A stretch of 64,000 bases of DNA, taken from Parcubacteria group bacterium (GTDB taxonomy: Bacteria > Patescibacteriota > Minisyncoccia > Moranbacterales > UBA2206). A program made the translations under genes and the position numbers. The notes under the pieces were generated by a model, which had not been told where the DNA came from, did no database searches, and saw only the letters and a program-made list of their open reading frames with translations. Of the stretch, positions 10,198 through 17,336 are shown one piece after another. The stretch covers positions 9,638 to 73,637 of the forward strand of contig JBAZBJ010000001.1 in the NCBI GenBank assembly GCA_041671525.1, read 5' to 3'. Positions within the stretch are counted from its first letter, which is position 1. Each line of letters opens with the position of its first letter.

Positions 10198-10896
10198 ATG
10201 AAATTTGAGATTATTACAATCTTCCCGCGGATTTTCGATTCCTATTTTGCCGAGTCGATTCTTGGACGTGCCCGCAAAGCCGGCCTGATTGAAATTAAAG
10301 CGCATGACTTGCGGGACTACGCTGAGGGCAAGCATAAGAAAGTCGACGACACGCCGTATGGCGGTGGCGCGGGGATGGTGATGAAGGTCGAACCGATATA
10401 TCGAGCTTTGGGCTCGATAATTTCCAATTTCCAATTTCCAATTTCCAATAAAATTCCAAAAACTAAAAACGAAAAAACAAAAACTAGGACCATTCTCTTT
10501 TCGGCCAAAGGTAAAAGATATACACAAGGAGATGCAAAAAGGCTAGCTAAATATGACCAGTTGATTTTGCTGTGTGGGCGCTATGAAGGCGTGGATGAGC
10601 GGGTGGCCAAGCATTTGATTGATGAGGAAATTTCCATCGGTGATTATGTGTTGACTGGTGGGGAAGTTCCAGCCATGCTTGTAATTGATTCGGTGGCGCG
10701 TCTGTTGCCTCAGGTTTTGGGCAACGCGCAGAGCGCCATCAATGAGTCGCACAGCGTTGCGGGCGAACTGGAGCACCCTCAATACACTAAACCGGAAGAA
10801 TTCAATGGCTGGAAAGTGCCGAAGGCTTTGCTCTCCGGCAATCACGGAGAAATCGCGGCGTGGCGGAAAAAGAATAGTAAAATAAGAAAGACGTAG
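10198..10896 (+). CDS. trmD: tRNA (guanine37-N1)-methyltransferase
   Basis: MKFEIITIFPRIF..., DDTPYGGGAGMVM, LLCGRYEGVDERV, ISIGDYVLTGGE motifs; carries a low-complexity insertion (see repeat 10419-10446). Confidence 0.9.
   Translation: MKFEIITIFPRIFDSYFAESILGRARKAGLIEIKAHDLRDYAEGKHKKVDDTPYGGGAGMVMKVEPIYRALGSIISNFQFPISNKIPKTKNEKTKTRTILFSAKGKRYTQGDAKRLAKYDQLILLCGRYEGVDERVAKHLIDEEISIGDYVLTGGEVPAMLVIDSVARLLPQVLGNAQSAINESHSVAGELEHPQYTKPEEFNGWKVPKALLSGNHGEIAAWRKKNSKIRKT
10419..10446 (+). repeat. perfect 7-nt tandem repeat (aatttcc x4) inside trmD
   Basis: Read directly: aatttcc aatttcc aatttcc aatttcc aat; encodes ISNFQFPISN in the trmD frame. Confidence 0.95.
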
Positions 10897-10930
10897 AGAC
10901 ACATTGCAATGCGTCTCTACAGGCGGAAAT

Positions 10931-12034
10931 ATGGCAAATGATAAACAAAAACCAGATCGAATATTGATTTATGCGACTTTTGCGTTGCTGGTTTTTGGAT
11001 TGATCATGATCGCTTCGGCCGGCCTGGCCTATTCAAAGAGTCGGTTTGCGGATCCATACTTTTTCTTTAAGCGGCAACTCTTGGGCGTATCGATCGGGTT
11101 GATTGCAATGTATCTCACTCAAAAAATAAGTTATAATTTTTGGAAAAAAATTTCTTTTCCAATATTCGCTCTCAGTGTTGTTCTTTTGATTTTGGTTTTT
11201 GTGCCGGGGATCGGGTCGAAAATTTATGGTGCCAGTCGTTGGCTTGCGATCGGTCCATTGTCTTTTCAGCCGGCGGAAATGTTGAAAATCAGTCTGATCA
11301 TCTATCTGGCAGCCTGGCTAGAAAGTCGGGGTGGACGCATCCGGGATTTTTTTGAGGGACTTTTGCCGTTCATTATGATTGTCGCAGTCATCAGCTTTTT
11401 GCTGATAAAGCAGCCAGACATGGGAACGCTGGGCGTTGTCATTCTGATTGCAACTACGATGTTTTTCCTTTCCGGTTCAAAGCTTTCCCACATTTTTTTG
11501 ATGGGTTCAGTCGGATTTATCGCACTCCTTGCGCTGATAAAAATCGAATCGTATCGGATGAACCGGTTGTTGGTTTTTTTGCATCCCGAACTGGATCCGC
11601 GCGGCATCGGCTATCAGATCAATCAGGCGCTCCTGGCCATCGGCTCTGGCGGTATTTTGGGCGTGGGGTTGGGGCGCAGCATCCAGAAGCTGAATTATCT
11701 GCCCGAGCCGGTCGGCGACTCAATTTTTGCCATAATCGGCGAGGAATTGGGACTGGTCGGCTGTGTCGTTCTGATTGCTCTATTTGTCACTTTATTGATG
11801 CGGGGATTGAAAATTGCCAAGAATGCGCCAGATATGTTTTCGCAACTAGTAGCGATCGGAATTGTGGCATGGATTTTTTCGCAGGCCTTCATCAATATCG
11901 CGGCGATTTCCGGACTCATCCCACTGACCGGGATTCCATTACCATTCATCAGCTATGGCGGCACCTCAATTGTTTTTTTGATGGCCGCCATCGGCATTTT
12001 ATTGAATATTTCCAAGCAAACCAAATTAACTTAA
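10931..12034 (+). CDS. ftsW: FtsW/RodA/SpoVE-family peptidoglycan polymerase
   Basis: 10-TM SEDS protein; GASRWLAIGPLSFQPAE, KQPDMGT motifs; ATG 10931 preferred over tracked TTG 10904; followed by murG-murC. Confidence 0.85.
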   Translation: MANDKQKPDRILIYATFALLVFGLIMIASAGLAYSKSRFADPYFFFKRQLLGVSIGLIAMYLTQKISYNFWKKISFPIFALSVVLLILVFVPGIGSKIYGASRWLAIGPLSFQPAEMLKISLIIYLAAWLESRGGRIRDFFEGLLPFIMIVAVISFLLIKQPDMGTLGVVILIATTMFFLSGSKLSHIFLMGSVGFIALLALIKIESYRMNRLLVFLHPELDPRGIGYQINQALLAIGSGGILGVGLGRSIQKLNYLPEPVGDSIFAIIGEELGLVGCVVLIALFVTLLMRGLKIAKNAPDMFSQLVAIGIVAWIFSQAFINIAAISGLIPLTGIPLPFISYGGTSIVFLMAAIGILLNISKQTKLT

Positions 12035-12048
12035 TTTAAACTAATCAT

Positions 12049-13161
12049 ATGAAAATTGTTTTGACGGGTGGCGGCACAGGTGGACATATTATTCCTCTGA
12101 TAACGGTCGCGAAAAAAATTCAAGAAAATGCTGGAGTGAGCGGCGAGGTCGAATTTTTATTCATCGGTCCCAAGGGAAAGCTGGAAGATGATCTGATGGC
12201 AGGCGCCGGAATTCCGACCAAGGGCGTGTTGGTTGGCAAAATGCGGCGCTATTTTTCCTTCCATCATTTTCTGGATCCATTCAAAGTTTTGATCGGTATC
12301 ATTCAATCCTTGTGGCATTTGCTGGTCTTTATGCCGGACGCAATTTTTTCCAAAGGTGGTTACGCTTCAGTGCCGGTGGTTTTGGTCGGGTGGCTGTATC
12401 GCATTCCGATTTTGATCCATGAGTCCGACAGCATTCCTGGCATGACCAATGATGTGCTGGGCAAATTGTCCACCCGCGTGGCGGTTTCCTATCCGGAAGC
12501 GGAAAAAGATTTTGCGGCGACGCAGGTCGTGCTGACCGGCAACCCGTTGCGCGCGGATATTAACCAGGGTGACGCGGCCACGGGGCGCGCCAAGTTTTCT
12601 TTCACCGATTCCAAAAAAATTATTTATATAACAGGAGGTTCACAGGGTGCGCGGAATATAAATGATAAAATCATAAATATTTTGCCAGAATTATTGCATA
12701 AATATCAAATCATACATCAAACCGGCAGAAATAATTATGATGAAGTTGTGCATCGAGCCGCTGAAATGGGAATTAAGGCTGGTCGTGAGGGATATGTTCC
12801 GATTGCGTTTGCTGGTGAGGAATTAAAGGATATTTATGCGATGGCTGATTTGATAATATCTCGTGGAAGTGCCAATACTATTTCCGAAATTGCGGCTAAT
12901 GCCAAGCCCGCCATCCTTGTACCACTGATTAATTCGGCCAATGATCATCAGAAGATGAATGCCTATTCGATTGCGCGCACTGGCGGTTGCATCGTGTTGG
13001 AGGAAAATAATCTGGGAGAGAATCTGCTCCTGGGCAAAATTGAGGAGATTATGAACAGCGAAGAGCTGCGCGCCGGATTGTCCCAAAATATCCGGGGCTT
13101 TTATCATCCGGACGCGGCGGAAAAAATCGCGGCTGGAATTTTAAGTATGATTGCTCGCTAA
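12049..13161 (+). CDS. murG: UDP-GlcNAc:lipid I N-acetylglucosaminyltransferase
   Basis: LTGGGTGGHIIPL N-terminal G-loop; GT28 architecture; dcw-type neighbourhood. Confidence 0.9.
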   Translation: MKIVLTGGGTGGHIIPLITVAKKIQENAGVSGEVEFLFIGPKGKLEDDLMAGAGIPTKGVLVGKMRRYFSFHHFLDPFKVLIGIIQSLWHLLVFMPDAIFSKGGYASVPVVLVGWLYRIPILIHESDSIPGMTNDVLGKLSTRVAVSYPEAEKDFAATQVVLTGNPLRADINQGDAATGRAKFSFTDSKKIIYITGGSQGARNINDKIINILPELLHKYQIIHQTGRNNYDEVVHRAAEMGIKAGREGYVPIAFAGEELKDIYAMADLIISRGSANTISEIAANAKPAILVPLINSANDHQKMNAYSIARTGGCIVLEENNLGENLLLGKIEEIMNSEELRAGLSQNIRGFYHPDAAEKIAAGILSMIAR

Positions 13162-13224
13162 TATTCGCGAATTTTAAAACAAATAAATTCGAATTAATTT
13201 GATTAAACATTAGAAACTATTAGC

Positions 13225-14589
13225 ATGTTAGATCTGAAAAAAATAAAGAAAGTCTATTTCATCGGCATAAAGGGTTCGGGCGTGGTAGCAATTGTGGAAA
13301 TTTTGCAGAAGCTGGGCATCGCAGTGACCGGCTCAGACACGGCGGAAAAATTTTTTACTGACGAAGTGTTACAAAGATTGGGCGTCAAATACGTCGAAGG
13401 TTTTGCGGTGGAAAATATTCCGACAGACGTGGATCTGGTGGTATATTCGACCGCTTATCGTGAAGATAATAATGTGGAATTTGCGGAAGCAAAAAAAAGA
13501 AAGCTGGAAATGCGTAGTTATCCGGAAATGGTGGGCGAATTGTTCAATAAAAAATATGGTATCGCCGTCTGTGGCACGCATGGTAAGACCACCATTTCTT
13601 CAATGCTAGCCGACATTTTGAAAAATATCGGCGCCGATCCGAGCGCGATCATCGGCAGCCGGGTGACAGCTTGGGGGTCAAACGCGTTGATCGGCCAGGG
13701 TGAATTTTTTGTGTTGGAAGCGGATGAATTTCAAAATAAATTGAAATTATATGAACCCAAAGCGGTGATTTTGACTAGCATGGATTGGGATCATCCCGAC
13801 ACGTACCCGACCTTCGCGGAATATAAACAAGCCTTTGCGGATTTTGTGGGCAAGATTCCCAAAACAGGATTTTTGGTGGTGTGGGGCGACAGTGTGGCGA
13901 CCAACGAGGCGGCCTGCGCTTGTCAGTGTAATATTATCAAGTACGGATTTCAAAATGATAATGATGTGGTAATTACCAAAAAGGGCAATGGAAAGTTTTC
14001 AATTAAATTTTCTGAAAAAGATTTGGGAGAATTCGAAACGCAGTTGGTCGGCGAGCATAATTTATTGAACGCGGCGGCGGTGATTGCTGTCTGCCATCAG
14101 CTAAACCTGGACATGGAAAAAGTGCGGGCAGCCTTGCGCCAATTTAAGGGTACCTCGAGACGTTTTGAATACATCGGGCAACGGAATGGCGCGATTTTGA
14201 TCGATGATTATGGTCACCACCCGGAAGAAATCAAAGCCACGCTCAAAGGCGCGCGCGAGAAATATCCAGACAAAAATTTGATCGCGGTTTTTCATCCGCA
14301 TTCCTATTCACGCACCGAAGCGCTGCTGCAAGACTTCGCGCAGTCTTTTGATGACGCGGATCAAGTAATTGTCTTGGATATCTATGGCAGCGCGCGGGAA
14401 AACACGGGCAAGGTCAGTTCACCGGACCTGGTAAAATTGATTAATAAATATATGCGTGACAAGGCGGAGCATATTCCAACCATCGACGAAGCGGTGGAAT
14501 CTTTGCAAGACAAAATTACCGATCAGGATGTGGTCCTGGCCATCGGCGCGGGCAATGTTTTTGAGGTAGTGAAGAAATTGAAGGAATAA
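13225..14589 (+). CDS. murC: UDP-N-acetylmuramate--L-alanine ligase
   Basis: FIGIKGSGVVA, CGTHGKTT P-loop, DDYGHHPEE motifs of Mur ligases (MurC type). Confidence 0.9.
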   Translation: MLDLKKIKKVYFIGIKGSGVVAIVEILQKLGIAVTGSDTAEKFFTDEVLQRLGVKYVEGFAVENIPTDVDLVVYSTAYREDNNVEFAEAKKRKLEMRSYPEMVGELFNKKYGIAVCGTHGKTTISSMLADILKNIGADPSAIIGSRVTAWGSNALIGQGEFFVLEADEFQNKLKLYEPKAVILTSMDWDHPDTYPTFAEYKQAFADFVGKIPKTGFLVVWGDSVATNEAACACQCNIIKYGFQNDNDVVITKKGNGKFSIKFSEKDLGEFETQLVGEHNLLNAAAVIAVCHQLNLDMEKVRAALRQFKGTSRRFEYIGQRNGAILIDDYGHHPEEIKATLKGAREKYPDKNLIAVFHPHSYSRTEALLQDFAQSFDDADQVIVLDIYGSARENTGKVSSPDLVKLINKYMRDKAEHIPTIDEAVESLQDKITDQDVVLAIGAGNVFEVVKKLKE

Positions 14590-14600
14590 TTTAAAATAAT

Positions 14601-15443
14601 ATGTCAGAAAATTGGCCAAAAACGAATACGCCAGATGCTTCGTCGTTAGAAAAAACGGGGGAATCAGGAGAGCAGAAAAACATTGCTGAGGCGTTGAAAA
14701 AAATTGACGGTGCGGATATTTTTGATAAGAATTACCTTGAAAAAATCAAGATTGTTGTATTTGGGTATGACCAAAGAAAAGTAGGCGTTTTTGAAAATGG
14801 AAGCATGCATGATACCGGAACGGAAGAATTTTCCTTACAAGATTTTATGCAAGGCAAGAGAACTGATTTTGTGGGGATACATCCAAAAAGTGAGTTTATG
14901 GAGCTTGATTTGACGAAGCTCGCTGACAAGCAGTTTTTGCCATTCCTATTCTTTGACGGAAAATTGCAATATGAAGAATTGGTGGTACATGAAATGGCAC
15001 ACACTCTGTTCGATTTGCAATATAAGGCTGCAAATGGTGATTATGAAGATCGAGACGGTCTGACGGATGTATCTGAAAAATATCGAGAATACGTAGTGAA
15101 TGAAATAAAAAGTTTATTTGGTGCAAAATATCCTAAGCTGGAATTGGATAATTTTTCCTTTAGTCGGCAACAAATTGCAGAAATTTTCGCTTTCGCATAT
15201 CAGCGTGAATATTGCAATAGATCCAATGAAAATATGGAGGTGCATGTTGAGTTGCAGGCGAGGGGAAAAGAATTTTTAACAGAGCCTGAAAAGATATTGG
15301 CCGACTTTAATAAAAAAAATGAGAGAAATTGTTCCATGACAGATTTTTATGAGGAGAATCATATTTTGTCCTTGCTGGTTGTGCCATTATTGGAAGAAAA
15401 ATACCCAAATTTTAAGGAAAGAATAAAATTTTTCAATTTATAA
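14601..15443 (+). CDS. hypothetical protein with HExxH motif (possible zinc-metallopeptidase fold)
   Basis: 280-aa ORF; only recognisable feature VVHEMAHTLF. Confidence 0.45.
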   Translation: MSENWPKTNTPDASSLEKTGESGEQKNIAEALKKIDGADIFDKNYLEKIKIVVFGYDQRKVGVFENGSMHDTGTEEFSLQDFMQGKRTDFVGIHPKSEFMELDLTKLADKQFLPFLFFDGKLQYEELVVHEMAHTLFDLQYKAANGDYEDRDGLTDVSEKYREYVVNEIKSLFGAKYPKLELDNFSFSRQQIAEIFAFAYQREYCNRSNENMEVHVELQARGKEFLTEPEKILADFNKKNERNCSMTDFYEENHILSLLVVPLLEEKYPNFKERIKFFNL

Positions 15444-15484
15444 CAATGACAAAACAGAACAAAAATATATACAATCCTGATTTT

Positions 15485-15499
15485 GGACACTGGGTGTTC
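15485..15499. repeat. degenerate REP-like 15-mer unit (ggacactgggtgttc)
   Basis: One-mismatch copy of the GGACAC-NNN-GTGTCC palindrome, 23 nt upstream of the Y1 transposase start. Confidence 0.7.
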
Positions 15500-15521
15500 A
15501 AAAGAGTAGAATAAAATAAAA

Positions 15522-16160
15522 ATGCGAAAAATTGAGTTTAAAAACGGGGAATATTATCATATTTATAATCGGGGTGTTGAAAAGCGCGATATTTTTCTGA
15601 ATGATTTTGATTATCTGAGATTTTTGAAAGCCCTGAATGAATTTAATAGGGTTGATTCAATCGGCAGTATTTTTGAGCAGGGTATCCGAGATAAGAAGAC
15701 AACATTTGGACACCCAGTGTCCAAATTGGTGGAGATTAATGCATATTGCATAAATCCTAATCATTATCATTTAATTCTAAGGCAATTGCAGGATAAAGGA
15801 ATTGAAAAATTTATGCATAAGGTTGGTATGGGATATGCAAAATATTTTAACCATAAATATAAACATTCAGGCGTTGTGTTTCAGGGAGGGTTTCAGGCGA
15901 TCCATATTGATTCCAATGAATATCTTTTATATCTTTCTGTTTATGTAAACAAGAATAATTTTATTCACGGATATGGTAAGAATGATTGGAAATATTCGAG
16001 CGTATTGGATTATTTGGGTAAACGCAAGGACGAGTTATGTAGTAAGGATGTTGTTTTGGGGCAATTTAAAAGTATTGAGGAATATAAGGAATTTATGGAG
16101 GTTAATGCGCTACACTTAAAGGAGAAAAAAGAAATGGAAAAATATTTATTAGAGGAATAA
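15522..16160 (+). CDS. IS200-like Y1 (HUH) transposase, REP-associated tyrosine transposase (RAYT)-like
   Basis: GEYYHIYNRGVEKRDIF N-terminus, HUH motif NHYHLIL, catalytic-Tyr region YLLYLSVYVNKNN; flanked by palindromic REP-like units. Confidence 0.8.
   Translation: MRKIEFKNGEYYHIYNRGVEKRDIFLNDFDYLRFLKALNEFNRVDSIGSIFEQGIRDKKTTFGHPVSKLVEINAYCINPNHYHLILRQLQDKGIEKFMHKVGMGYAKYFNHKYKHSGVVFQGGFQAIHIDSNEYLLYLSVYVNKNNFIHGYGKNDWKYSSVLDYLGKRKDELCSKDVVLGQFKSIEEYKEFMEVNALHLKEKKEMEKYLLEE
15708..15722. repeat. REP-like 15-mer unit inside the transposase CDS (ggacacccagtgtcc)
   Basis: Exact palindromic unit; encodes FGHPVSK. Confidence 0.8.
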
Positions 16161-16169
16161 CAAGGCAAA

Positions 16170-16202
16170 GACACCCAGTGTCCTTTTGGACACTGGGTGT
16201 CC
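16170..16202. repeat. REPIN-like doublet hairpin
   Basis: gacacccagtgtcc-tttt-ggacactgggtgtcc; the 40-nt aaagacacccagtgtccttttggacactgggtgtccaaa string is identical to the copy at 17299-17331. Confidence 0.9.
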
Positions 16203-16212
16203 AAAATTCATT

Positions 16213-17277
16213 ATGAAATTTGAATGGCAAGGCCCGTTGCGGCCGAATGAAAAACCGTCGAAAGAAGAAATAAAAAATCCTACCAAAAAAACGGTAGAGA
16301 CGCAATTTATTGCGTCTAAATCTGACGAAAAGCCGGAAGACGTCAAAAAACCCGAAAATGTCGAACAAGAACTCTCGCCGGAGGTGATTGAGATGATTAT
16401 GGGGAAGGTGCAGGATATAAATGAAATTGGCACTGCTTATTCTGTTGTAACTAGTGGTAGGGATACAACCAAGAATATTTTGAAAGATGGTTTTTTGGGA
16501 AATAATTGGACTTCTAATAAGGAGTCCTGGGCAAAAAAAATAAGGAAAGAGAAAAAAGGCGTGGTCTTTTTTAATATCGTAGGCACCGAACGGGATAGGA
16601 CTGATTTTAAGAAAAATTCCTTGAATGAATACAATGCGATAGCGAAATCATATTACTTCAAACAAAAAGGTCGAGAAATAGCAATAATTTTTGATTTAAA
16701 ACCATTCAGGCCAGCCAGCCCTCACAAATACAAATATGCAGACAGAGAAAAGCAAGAGGGTCGTACTTTTCGCTACGCACGTGATTATGATATGAACTAC
16801 GAAATTGAAGACCACATAACTCCAAGTCGAGAAACTGCAAAACAATTTTATGAGGGAGAATTATATGATGAATATGGTGGTGTAGATAATATGAAACACA
16901 ATGGCTTATTAGAAAAAGAACATAAATTTAGCGAGGATGAATGGGCGCTATGGATACCAAAAGTTGATACGGAACGCGGCTTTACCCTGTCGTATCGGAT
17001 ACCACCAAGATTATTCAAGGGCATTGTCTTTCAACCAGATACTGATTACTTAAAAATTGAAAAATTAACGCCAGAAAGAATGTCGGAGGAGACAAAAAAC
17101 ATTGCTTTGATTATGAAAGAGGCTTGTGGTGAAAAAACTGAATTATATTTACCCATTTATGATAAAACAGGCAACCTTCTCTGGCCCAAACAAATGTCCT
17201 ACGAAGAAGTGAAAAAGTTTGTGGCGGAGAGGGCGGAGAAAAAAGCAGAAGTAGATTCTGAAACAAGTTCAGAATGA
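16213..17277 (+). CDS. hypothetical protein bracketed by two identical REPIN-like hairpins
   Basis: ATG 16213 (tracked start 16186 lies inside the hairpin); 354 aa, K/E-rich ends, no recognised motif. Confidence 0.55.
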   Translation: MKFEWQGPLRPNEKPSKEEIKNPTKKTVETQFIASKSDEKPEDVKKPENVEQELSPEVIEMIMGKVQDINEIGTAYSVVTSGRDTTKNILKDGFLGNNWTSNKESWAKKIRKEKKGVVFFNIVGTERDRTDFKKNSLNEYNAIAKSYYFKQKGREIAIIFDLKPFRPASPHKYKYADREKQEGRTFRYARDYDMNYEIEDHITPSRETAKQFYEGELYDEYGGVDNMKHNGLLEKEHKFSEDEWALWIPKVDTERGFTLSYRIPPRLFKGIVFQPDTDYLKIEKLTPERMSEETKNIALIMKEACGEKTELYLPIYDKTGNLLWPKQMSYEEVKKFVAERAEKKAEVDSETSSE

Positions 17278-17298
17278 CAATATATGAAAGCGCATAAA

Positions 17299-17331
17299 GA
17301 CACCCAGTGTCCTTTTGGACACTGGGTGTCC
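17299..17331. repeat. REPIN-like doublet hairpin (second copy)
   Basis: Identical to 16170-16202 including aaa flanks. Confidence 0.9.
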
Positions 17332-17336
17332 AAATA

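Noticed and set aside
10892-10920. 8-bp perfect hairpin gtagagac-N12-gtctctac between trmD and ftsW, considered as a terminator
   Set aside because: No T-run follows, and the tracked TTG start of ftsW lies inside it. More likely an incidental or processing structure; support is insufficient.
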